Shown here: positions 24,975 to 36,620 of the stretch, one piece after another
Position numbering within the stretch: position 1 is the first letter of the stretch
Layout: each line of letters opens with the position of its first letter
Source: Lama guanicoe
Taxonomy: Eukaryota
Reading direction: 5' to 3'
DNA length: 64,000 nt
Assembly (NCBI GenBank): GCA_013239625.1
Contig: MU054323.1
Coordinates: forward strand, 8,979,220 to 9,043,219
Notes under the pieces: model-generated
What the model saw: the letters and a program-made list of their open reading frames with translations, nothing else
Database searches by the model: none
Told to the model about the DNA's origin: nothing
Made by a program: the position numbers and the translations under genes

Positions 24975-27900
24975 TTATATTTTCCTCATCCTCTTCTTGC
25001 AGCGCTGGTTGAAAACAGGGGAGGACCCCATGAGGCTGTCAGTGGAGTGGGAGCCATAGCTGCTGTCTGAGTCATCAGGGCTCTGGGGGATCCCAGCTTC
25101 ACTCATGCCTGACATGGGCTCCTCGAACACATCACTGCCCAGCACGCCATGCCCGGACACGTTGCCTTCTTCATTCTCTTGAGGCTCCATTTTTACATGG
25201 GCCAAGTTCCAAAGGGGGGAAGCATTCACCTCCGTACCTAGGAATGGAAGAAGAACACAGAACTAACAAGCAGTAAGCCAAGTAAGCCAAGGCTGTAACA
25301 AAGTAGAAGGCATACACCACCCAGGGCCAACTGCTGGCCTTTGAACTCAGTTTTCACTCTGATTCCCTACCTGGCTGGATAAGTACTCTGCATCGAAAAG
25401 TTACCAACTCTGAATATCTTCCTTTTCACTTCCTCACCCTCTTCTACCCTTTACCTCCTTTACCCTCACCCTCCTTTACCTCACCCACCTCCATTTTCCC
25501 TAAAACAGTAAACAGTTTTCCTGTAGAATTATACAGGTGGGAACATTCCCTGTCTCCTGGCTCAAAGTTAGGCACAACCATGAGCTCTTGGTCAGGAGTT
25601 ACATTTGCCTGTCCTTCCTTTTATGGGGCTGTCTGGTTTTACTGCCTTTTGTTTGGGTCCCTGGTCCTTTCTTACATTATGAAAAGTTAATGATCACTAC
25701 AAAATGCTGGTAGCAGTTCCCAGACTGCTGAAAAGAGACATGGCCCCAATGTCTGCAATAATTTCTCTTTAACTCTGTGTGTTCTAGCAATACTGTTCTG
25801 TGGTTCTTAAGACTTCCATGGTGAAAGGCTTTCTGCCCAATACTGTAAAAAATGTGGCCTAATTCTGTTTAGGCCACACTGGGGGATTTGCTATATGCAT
25901 CATTTGTGCATTGATGAAATGACAATTTATATTTGTAAAGAACTGATGTCTAGACTAAGCTGCAATTAAACTGACTTAGAAATGGAGTCATCCTGGTTCT
26001 GAAGGTAATCACAGGGTCTATCTGGAAGAGGAGGCCAGCTGCCTGTCATTGGGTAACCCTATTTCAATCCTTTTCAGTTCCAATTTGTTGGGGGTACTTT
26101 AGGAAGGAACCCCAACTATTCACATATGCTTAATCAATTAACATCACTCTATCTTTCTGGAAGTTGCCTTAATCAATTGAGCATAAGCATCAGGAAAGAC
26201 CAGTACAGAATACAGAGAACAAGAGGCCATCTGCACCCCGCCACCCTAAGCTGGGTCAGCTGAATTAACCCTGGTCATCAACAGGATAACACCTAGTGAG
26301 TGCATCTACATCCTAACTAGGAATTATTTTAAAGAATGCCTGAGCTGTGCTTCTCATGTCTTCACTCATTACACAGAGAATGTTGGTATCTCTAGATCAG
26401 TGAAGCTATATTTGTCTTTAGATTTTCCATTCTCCTGCCCACCCTCACTTTTCTTCCATTTCCAGAGTTTGATTCCAAAACAAAAAGTACTGAGATTGGC
26501 AGATCTCCCAGAATCAAAATGAGTAAGTTGGTTTCTCTTACTTGAAGCCTGTGGTGAAGCCTCGACCTCCAGGTTGGATGGGAAGCGCTCGCTCTGAGCC
26601 CCGAGGACTCCCATGGGCAGTGACTGGTCTCCAGAAGCCAGGTCAACCTCCAGTTCCTCACTGACAGGGAACGTGATGTCGCTTACAGGTTCCTCCTTGA
26701 TCTTTACAGGTTTAGTGTCCTCTGTGGCCTTCTCAGGATTGACAATCCTTTCATACTCTTCAGAGAGCTGTTTACTAATCTGTTGGCAAGCAAGAGTCAA
26801 TTTTCCAAGGAAATGTTAAGAGCAAGCTGGATAATCAGATTGTAGCATCCCATGGAAAAGCCAACAGAACAGGACTATGAATAAAGCATCCACTGCCAAT
26901 GGAAGGAACTTGTATTGAGTTTGCATTTGTAAATGACAGAGACATGTCAAGAAAATTTGTTTGGCAGAGAGTATGTATGTCATTAAAAGGTGCATTAAAG
27001 TGAAAAATAAACAGACTGTGTTACACTAAAAGATCACATTTTTGGCTACAAAAACGAAAGACAAAAGATCACATTTTTTGGCTATAAAAACTAACATTTG
27101 ACATATGTACCACAGGTGGATAACAAACGTAGGAAATCTGGTTCACTTAGCAAAAATTGTTCAGTGTTAAGAATTCCTTACCGTATTTTAGATTTGGGGA
27201 AACCAAAACAGTGAACAAAATGCTTAAGGCCACAAAGGTTGAAGAGATTAGATATTTTTGGTTCTAACCAAAAATGGTGTCTCCCCGTAACCCCCACATC
27301 CCACCCTTGGGCAGTATCACCTCACTCTGTTTTGTTTTTCATGACACTCAACACTATTTGAAACGCCGATTATTTTGATCATTGTTTACTTGTTCTTGTT
27401 TCCCTCAGCAAGAATGCAAACTCGAGGGACTTGTTAACTGATGTTTCGCACAGTGCCTGACTCACAACATGCACTCAATAAATATTTGCTGAATAGAAGC
27501 AAACTAACCACATTCTCTCAAACTCTACCAGCTAAGGGAGGCCCCTGGGTCTGTCCAGGTCAGTGATGAGGCCAGTGGAATACAGCTAGGGCCCAGCACA
27601 GCTGGACACAGGGCACAGCTCTGTTCTAAGACCCTGCTCTCAGCGTTCCAGAGCAAGTGTTAACAGGGTCCTGCTGAACACCCCTCGATTACACACCCCT
27701 ACCCACTTCTCCTTAGGCTCATCTCACCTGTAGCATGTAACTGTGATAGTCCTTGATGCGGTGCTGCCAGAACTTCTGGAGGGAGAGCACACTGCCAATG
27801 CCCACTTCATGGAACACCTGCTCCATAACGTCGGGGAAAGGAGTCTGCCCCAGCCGGGCCTCCTGATCCACAGCAAAGCGCAGCAACTTGGTGAACTTAA

Positions 27901-30900
27901 GGCAGTACTCATGTGCCACGTCAGTTAGGGTCTCCAGGACACTTTCATTAGCACACTCAAAGCCTGCGTGAGCCAGGATTGTGGCCACTGCCTGGTAGAG
28001 GAGCTGCCGGCAGGAGTGCCAGCTGAGTTCAGTCACGGGTTCCCCTTTCCCACTGAAAAGTGGAGACATGGTAGTAGTATTAATGCTCTTGCAAAGGGGT
28101 GACTTGTCCTGTCTCCCTAAAAGGCTTACAATTCCAGTCAAACCACTGGCTCAGCTTCCCAGGGGAATTCTAGGCAGGTTACATAGCCCAGTTTCATTCT
28201 GCTGCTGTCAGGGCATGTCTCAACCATAGTATTATCCCTGAGCTTCCTCAATTACACAAAGTTTAAATAGGCAATAATGTCTAGAATAAACAGTATAAAG
28301 AGTACCTAGTGGAAAGGAAATTTTGTTCTCCTTGTATCAACTGCTCAATTTTGATCACTTTTAGGATCTGATTAATTTTAAGAGTATAACTCAGATATGG
28401 CTCAATGGTGCTCTAATTATTTCATCAGAATGTAGGTTCCTCACATCCTGGGCAGTATATGGACTTTTAGAAATTCACAGTCCCATTAGGAGATTCTTAT
28501 TTGACTACAACAGACCATTTGTAAAATTGGAAAGCAATTCAATTTTACAAAAGCTATTTAAAACATATAGAGCTTACAAAACATTTTTATCATATCCTAT
28601 GTGACTCTAGATGCCATGTTCTTCATAATACACTGTTTTGCACCTAATCACTACTGCAAAATCCTAATCTTTCTAAAACAAGAAAACACACCTCAAAAAG
28701 CTGATCTCCTAAAATTAACTTTTAATAAGCTTCTTATAATTTTCCAGTTCTCCTGAAATTTCCTATCTATCTTCTGCCTCCCTCTGACAAAGGGAGCAAA
28801 TAGATAAGAATATAACAGGGTACAGAAAATAACTCTTCCTTGGTTCACACCTGGCACAGGTCATCCCGTCCTTGCTGTACAAGAGCGTGTGAGGAGCTAT
28901 TCGCCCACTTTACTGTTATCTGCTCAGTAGCAACGACTGCAATTCATATGATGATTGGAAAATAAGAAAACCAATTGTCAAATAACTTTTCATTTACTAT
29001 TTACATCATCATTTCCTCTGGCCAGTCTCTCTAGGGTAAACGCCAAAGGCTTCAGAAGTGCCTAGTAACACCGCTAAATCAGTATTGCTTTACTTGAGTA
29101 ATAGTAAGCAATCTGTTTCAAAGGAGAATAATTCTTTCAGCACCCCTATAGCTGGAGCAAATTATTTCTGTGACACAGTTTCTTACTTATGTATAAAACT
29201 AAGTATAGACTTCTGACGTTCACAGCTCTTCCTAATAATTAAAATTAGAAAACTGACACAAAACTACAAATTCTAAATAACAGGAATAATTTAAAATGAT
29301 GGACAGTATTATTTTGTGGAAGCTAAATTGCCCTCAAAGTGTAAATATGGTACTGACTGCTACTTGAAGTTGGGGGCATATCTGTACTAACAGGTGCCAA
29401 GCATGTGATGGCACAGTTCTCCCTCCCTTTTCACTATTCCAATGTCTTCAGAACCTTCGATTGGTCTATGCACCAAGACACTTTCTGGCCTTCAACTGGC
29501 CCAACAGCAACTTTTAAATATTAAGCCTATTTCTCGTATGTTCTCATTAGTTTGGGACAGTTAAAATAGTAGCAACTATTATTAATAGGTAGGTGCAATA
29601 AATGATATGCAATTATTACTTATATACTACTTTTGCCGATCATATTTAATCTGAATCTAATTTTGTGGAGATAATCCAGTAAGTGGGCCATTCTACAAGA
29701 CAACTGACCTGAACTCTTCAAAAAGATTAATATCATGTGTTTTAAAAAGGAGGCAGCTGCTGGCTCTTGGCTTCTTGGCTGCCTCTGCCTCCCGGCTCCC
29801 CACTCCTCTTTGTTTTGCTTCCTGCCCCCACCCTCGGCTCGTAACTCCTGCCTGCCTGCTGTGGAGACGGCTTTGGGCCTGAGGTCTGATCCTGGGCCCA
29901 GCGAGGGAGAAGGAGAGGGATGTGAAGGAGACGGGCACCATGAAAGAAGAAAGTGGTACTGATGTCCTTGTTAGCTCCAAGAAAAGGCAGGCAAATGTGG
30001 CCATTTTTCTGCAGAATCCAGATGAAGAAACTGCCAAAATTGACAGGACTGTGAGAAGCCAGTGTGCCAGTCAGCCTTGGGACAGTAATAAAGTCTGTGA
30101 CAAGCCCTGATCCTTGATTCCCACACCTGATAAAAAGGATGAGCTCATATACCCAAATTCTGTGTATAAGCCTCAGAGTTGCACGCTGTCCAGAGCCTCA
30201 ATACTGCCTGTACTGAACTGGGCAATTATAGATAGGAGGTTGGAAAATCATGTTAAATAAGGAAAAGATATGCTTGAGGGATAAACACTTTATGCAGCGG
30301 CACCTTCTTTTGCAGCCTAAATGTGAGCAATTCTCCTAAACTTGTTAATGGAGGTGTATGAAGTCTCTAAACTTCACAGACAGACGTTCTACTTGGCACA
30401 GGATTTCTTTGATTGGTATATGGCAACACAACAAAATGTTGTAAAAACACTCTTACGGCTTATTGAGATTTCATCTTTATTTAGTGCTGCCAAACTTGAG
30501 GAAATCTATCCTCCAAAGCTGTACCAGTTTGCTGTTACAGATGGGACTTGTTCAGGAGATGAAATTGTTGCCATTAATCATTATGAAGGCACTTAAGTGG
30601 CATTAAGGTCCCCTAACCATTGTGTCCCGGCTGAATGTATACATGCAGATTGTGTATCTAAATGATTTTTATGAAGTGCTCCTGTCACAGTATCCTCAGC
30701 AAATTTCCAAACAGACTGCAGAGCTTTTAGATCTCCGTGTCCTGGATGTTGGCCACTTAGAATTTTCCTATGGTTTGCTTGCTGCTTCTGCCTTGTATCA
30801 TTTCTCTTCATCAGAACTGATGCAAAATCTTTCAGGGTGTCAGTGGTGTGATACAGAGAAGTGTGTCAAGTGGATGGTTCCATTTGCCATGGTTATAAGG

Positions 30901-33652
30901 GAGCCAGGAAGTTAAAAACTTAAGCACTTCAAGGGGAATTCCTGAAGATGCACATAGCATCCAGACCCTATAAACAGCTTGGATTTGCTGGACAAAGCAC
31001 AAGCAAAGAAAGCCATATTGTCTGAAGAAAATAGGATTTCTCCTCTCCCCACGGAGTCCTCACCTCCTCCCACCCCCAAACAGAGCAGTAAGAAGCAGAG
31101 CGGTGGGCAGGGAACAGCATGACCACACCAGCATCTTCTACCAAAGACAGCTGTGCAGAAGTACCTGTTTCAAGTTCTCTCCTGTCTACTGCAGTAGAGG
31201 CGTGCATTAACTTTTACAGATACTTAAATGGAAGAGCATGTGTCTTCTGCAACAGGTTTCTGTGGATGGCATTGGACAGGGAGAAGTGTTTTTTTATTGG
31301 ATGCTTAGATTTTTCAGTAAGTGAGTCAAGTACACCAGCCACCTCCAGAACACCAACGAGTGCTCCAGATGCTGCTAAGGAGGGTGATACTTGACTGACT
31401 TCGTACAAATAGCAAAGGCTTGAAGTTGAGGAGTGCCACGTTGCTGCTGGTCTCCCCTTGTGTGTTCTGGGTTGTGTTACAGTTAGTGGAACAGGTGGTT
31501 GTAAGCGTTATGGTGTGGAGCCCACAACCAGCTGTGCTGGGGGCCTGCCCTTTCCATACTATCAGTCAACAGTGTACAATGCCTTTATGAACTATTATTT
31601 TGTAAGTGTTGTTATTTTTTTTAATAAAGATAACACTATCTTTGAGGAAAAAATAAATAAAAAAAGAGGAAGCTATTCTGGCTTAAAAGACACTAAAGAG
31701 GCAGAAAAAGACAAATACTATATGAAATCACTTATATGTAGAATCTAAAAAGTAAAACAAACTAGTGAATATAACAAAAAAGAAAGAGACTCATGGATAC
31801 ACAGGACAAACTAGTGGTTATCAGTGGGGAGATGGAAGGAGAAAACAGGCAAAATAGGAATTAAGAGGTACAAACTACTATGTATAAAATAAATAAGCCA
31901 CAAGGATATGTTGTACAGGTTAGGGAATATAGCCAATATTTTATAGTAACTATAAATGGAGTATAACCTTAAAAATTGTGCATCACTAAGTTGTATACCT
32001 GAAACCTATATAATGTTGTAAATCAACTATACATTAATTAAAAAAAAACAGACACTAAAGAGGCATAACAACCAAATACAATGTGTGAGTCTTTCTTAGG
32101 TCCTGGATTAGGGAAAAATATACCTATAAGAGGACAACTTTTGAGACAAATGGAGAAACTTGAATATCTTCTTATTAAATGACATTATTTAATGAGTGTT
32201 CATTTATTTTGGGGTGATAATGATATTGGGATTATGTAGAAAATTGTCCTTACTCCTAGGATGAGGCAAGGAATTCAGAGGTAAAAGAATCTGAAGAATT
32301 TAGGGGTGAACTATTGCAATGTCTGCAACTTTAAAATATGTGGCAAAAAAAAGTCTTGGGGTGTGTGTGTGTATGTTTGTATATTTGTGTGTATATGTGT
32401 GTACACACATACACGAGAGAGAGAAATGTAGCAAAATGTTAACAACTGGTGAATCCAGGTGAAGGGTATTTGGGTGTTTATACTATTATTTAAACTTTTG
32501 TACAGGTCTGACAAATTTCAAAACAATTAAGTAATTATTTGTCACCAAATGCAAACTTCCATACTGAAATCTAGTAGTACCAACAGGTAATAAGGCAGTC
32601 ATTCAGAGGATCTGGAGGAGGGCTTCTCAAACTTAAACACACATATGAATCTGCCAGAGTTAGTTAAAATGCAGATTCTGATTCAGCAGGTCTGGGTGGG
32701 GTGTGAGACTGCATAAAAAGCACCCAGGTGATGTTGTTGCTGCTGATCTTGGACCAGATTTTGAGTACCAAGGATCAAGAACATTTTCATATTATTGTTT
32801 CTTAAACTACGTTACTGAATGAAACACGCATAGTTAAAAAATTCTTGTATAGAACTTGCCCAATAATATGAGAATAAGTCCATGAATCTAATTTTGAGGA
32901 CACTGGGCTAACCCATAGTATACGTTTTAAGTGAAACAGAAAGACTAGACGCTGAGGACTATGAGGACAAACCATTGTAGTACCTCACTCCTAGTAAAGT
33001 GCTTGACACATAATTAGGCACTCAATAAATACTTGTTGCATCAGAAAATTTAAAAATACAGACTCTGGATTTGGAAGATCAGAGTTCAAGTCCTAGACTT
33101 CCCACTAATTATGTGAGCAACTTTGGCCAAGTCAATTACTCTTATCCTCAGTTTCCTCATGGAAATGTTGTTACATACTTAACAGGGTTGTTGGAAAGAT
33201 TTTTTGAGAAAAGTAAGATATAGCAAAGTCTTGCCTTACCGATAAAAGTCACTCTCTGGGTCACTGTGCCGAATCTGGAATGGTGCGTTGGGATTCTTAC
33301 AATCTAAAGGAAGGAGGTCATCGGGAAGAGGAGGTGACCCAGGACAGGATGGAAGAGGTTCACTCTCTTCAGTCTTTACACCTTCTGTCTGTTGCTGATT
33401 CTGGGCCTGAGCTGTGGCAATGAGGTTGCGCAGACGTCGGTTGTGCTGGATCAGCTGAATGGTATGGATGGTGAGGCTGCAAGGCTCTGAGGGAATGTCC
33501 AGCATGGTGGGGCGCTTGGGCTTGTTGGCTGAGGGTTGGTGCAAGGGTGGGTCATGGACTTCCACCAGTCGGAACTCCCGAGGGAGCAAGTCAAAGGAAC
33601 TTCTGTTGGTCTGGCTTGATGAAATTGGTATCTCTCCCCAATATCTCAGCAT
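24975..33652 (-). CDS. SUPT7L: SPT7-like, STAGA complex subunit gamma (STAF65-gamma), 412 aa from MLRYWGEI
   Basis: Coding exons 33652-33240, 28052-27728, 26779-26542, 25237-24975 (1239 nt, GT-AG, phases consistent). Histone-fold region [16 protein letters not shown]...KLLRFAVD; C-terminus RCKKRMRKI. Confidence 0.96.
29759..31665 (+). pseudogene. CCNE1: Processed pseudogene of cyclin E1, antisense inside SUPT7L intron 28053-33239
   Basis: Intronless fragments matching cyclin E1 ([75 protein letters not shown]); premature TGA 30108-30110 and several frameshifts; ancestral stop 31120-31122; AATAAA 31623-31628; A-tail 31648-31665; degenerate TSD AAAAAGGAGGCAGCT (29744-29758) / AAAAAGAGGAAGCT (31661-31674). 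Confidence 0.93.
31704..32049 (+). mobile_element. 5'-truncated L1 3' end (relatively young)
   Basis: L1 3'UTR motifs (AAAGACAAATAC, GAGGTACAAACTACTATGTATAAAATAAATAAG), A tail, perfect 16-bp TSD AGACACTAAAGAGGCA (31688-31703, 32050-32065). Confidence 0.85.
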
Positions 33653-35339
33653 TTTGGAATTAGAAAGGAGAGCTTTCAAGTTAAATGTAGATGATATCCT
33701 AAAAGTAGTGTTTTTAAATCTCTAACAACTGCAGGTTATAGGCTTCTATAGTGAAAAATATGTCTAGCCAGTTATTTGCATAAAAAGTAGGCAGTTCAAG
33801 ACCACTTAGAAAAATATCAATGTCAGCAACACTGTAGGACCAAAGATGTTCTCCCTGAAGAAATTAAGAGACATATTGCTGTTAGATGCCAGCCAGCACA
33901 ATCACACACAGTGACAGTTCCTCTGGGGCTGTACCACAAGGTAGAGTTTGGGTCATTAGTAGACTAATAGCTGTAATAGTATCTGGGGTTATAGTGTCCA
34001 TGTTTTCCACCTCATCCCACTAACTCATTGCCAGAAAGACCATCATACCCAATTCTGAACAATTTGCAAGGCAAGATACTTAAATTTGAGACCTGGAATA
34101 TTTCTCAGAGTATCTTGACACATCTGTTCCGGATCAGTAGGAAAAACGGAGTAGAGTTAAAGATAGGCAAAGGTGGTACTTATTCTGTGAATGCCAGGTA
34201 TGGGAATCTTTAAGAGGTCCTGGTAGAAAAATTTATAAACCACTAATCTAAATGATCTTATGTGACATATAAAGGGAAGACTCTGAGATTTCTGCTGTCT
34301 CCTACCTAGTATCCTTTCCTTCAGTCTCTCCTTATATCTAATCTACTCTCTATAGTGATGCTAGAGTTAGTATTTTTAATTCAGATCTAATGCCTTTCCA
34401 TTGCCTATTGGAAAAACTCAAAGTTTTTTGGTTTACCATTCAACAAAATTTACAATCTGGCTCTGACTCACCTTTCCAGATTAATTGCCCACATGCCTCT
34501 ACAGATTCAATAAACATTCACCAAACGCCAGGTACCAGGTGAGGAGATAAAGACTAATTAACGCAAGATCCTTGCCCTGAGGTGAGGTAGAAAAACATAA
34601 AAAGAACATTTCAGTATTAACATTCCACCAGGCACAGACCTGGTGCAGTGAGAAAGCACAAAGGAGGAACTTCTTGGAGAAAATGACTACCTTAGTTCTA
34701 ACAGTATCAGACTACTCAGACTGAGAACGCCATGCATCTCCATAGCAGACCTTTTAAGCTGTGATCTCTGCTAGAAATGCCCTGTGACCCCTATTCCTGG
34801 CAGACTTGTATTCACTCTTAAGTATGGCTTAAATCACCACCCTCTAACACCTCCCCAGCACATCTCCCTTCAATATATTATTACAGCACTTTGTACATTT
34901 CCATCACATTATTTATCCCTGGATTTAAACTAGTACTTATCTCTATTTTATTCTTCCATCTGTCGCTCACAACTGTGATCTCAGTATGGTGTCTGGCATT
35001 TATTGAGTGCCTACTATGTGCCAGGCTTTGCCTTTACTGTTTTATTCAATTTTCCCAACTACCTTACGAGGTAAATACTATGAGTATCCCATTTTCCAGA
35101 TGTGTAAGCTGAGGCCCATTGTCTTGCCTACTGCCAGAAATGGCTGAGAGGGAAAATCAGGACGATCTCGGTTTCAGGGTCTGCACTTTTAACGACTACA
35201 TTAATTGCCTCATTAATTGGTTTCAGAAAGAATAAAAAAAGAACGAATAAATGAATGAACCAAGTGACAACACAAATCGTCCTCTCCCCTAACTTCACCG
35301 AAAGGAGCATGAAGGATAGGTACCAAGTCTAAGCAATGC

Positions 35340-36620
35340 CCAAGTCCCTGCAGGGGCTCTTCGGTCACCGTCGGCAGGCGCAGGCGCCAATCACAGGGTC
35401 CTGGGGTCGCCTAATGCCGGGGCAGCCCGGAGACCGGGTGGTCTGGACCGGGACCGACGCAAGGAGGCTCCGCTAAGGACTGCCGAGTCGCGCAGAAGCT
35501 GGGCTGGGACGACTCCGAAAGGCCCGAGGGGAGGGTCGCGCCAGGGCCGGAAGGCTAGTGCGTTGATTAATAGTTCAAGACTGCCGGAAGCGCTTCTTTT
35601 CAATCAGGCTCTGCTGCAGGAAGTCACTACAATCCGGTTGCAACCTTTAAAGATGTCCCCATTCTGACAGCACCCTACCACCCTTTTCTGTTTTCCACTT
35701 ATTAAGACCTTCCCAGGATAATACTCACTTCTTCACAATGCTCTGGCTCGTGAAGGAACAACTCCATCATCGCTGCCAGAGGAGCCGCTTGGAGGTGGGG
35801 AGAACGGGCCATGGAGAGGAACGTAGAGACCGAGTGGGAGAGGTTTCCGAGGAACAGATTTCGAGGCTGCAGCCGAGTAAGGATGGCTGATAGTTCTGCT
35901 CAGGCCGAGTCGCTGGCTCCTCAAGAACTCAATGGCGACTTCAAGAGACCAGCCCTGCCGGTGCCGCCGGCAGTGCGAGGCAAGGCTTCGGCCACCAATC
36001 CTTCAAACTCTGAGGAGGTGAAGAAAGAAATGCCCACGGCGCTGCTGGACTCCGATTCCGGAGACCCTGACGTCCCTCTGGCCCAGCGGGACAGCGGGGA
36101 GAGTAGGAGTCTAGCGGAGGAACAGCCGTGGTCCCCTACAGCAGCTACTTCCCCTGGCGGCCCGGCCCGGGCTCCCCCTTACCGAGAGCCGCCGTGGGGC
36201 GGCCCGGCCATGGCCCCTTACAGCCTAGAAACACTGAAGGGCGGCACCATACTTGGCACCCGGAGCTTGAAGGGGGTGAGTTGCTGCCTTTTCGGGAGGC
36301 TGCCTAGCTGCGACGTGTGCCTGGAGCACCCTTCGGTGTCTCGCTATCACGCCGTGCTGCAGCACAGAGTGTCCGGCCCTGACGCAGAAGGCGACGGCCA
36401 CGGGCCTGGCTTCTATCTCTACGATTTAGGAAGCACCCACGGCACTTTTCTTAACAAAACCCTCATCCCACCCCGCACCTATTGTCGGATCCACGTCGGG
36501 CACGTTCTTCGCTTTGGAGGCAGCACTCGGCTCTTTCTTCTTCAGGTAAGTGGAAAAACCTAGAATCGAAATCTCTGAGGCACCCCGGCTGCTTTCCTGA
36601 GTTCCTTACGCTTTCACGGA
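35340..36620. promoter_or_regulatory. CpG island / bidirectional promoter SUPT7L-SLC4A1AP, including a probable non-coding SUPT7L exon 1 (donor CG|GTGACC at 35369, - strand)
   Basis: CpG-rich; ETS-like CCGGAAG 35584-35590 and CAGGAAGT 35617-35624; ACTACAATCC (ZNF143/THAP11-like) 35626-35635. Confidence 0.75.

Larger units (their letters stand above)
29655..32520 (+). mobile_element. Ancient L1M (L1MC/MD-like) 3' fragment, interrupted by the CCNE1 retrocopy and the young L1
   Basis: CATTCTACAAGACAACTGACCTGAACTCTTCAAAA...AGACACTAAAGAGGCATAACAACCAAATACAATGTGTG reads through once the inserts are removed. Confidence 0.6.

Noticed and set aside
30342..30915. Cyclin-box ORFs as a functional cyclin E gene
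   Set aside because: Frameshifts, premature stops, no introns, poly(A) tail and TSD mark it as a processed pseudogene
34049..34219. Possible non-coding SUPT7L exon 2 (- strand; TTTTCTACCAG acceptor, GG|GTATGA donor)
   Set aside because: Splice motifs alone are not enough; boundaries cannot be confirmed without transcripts
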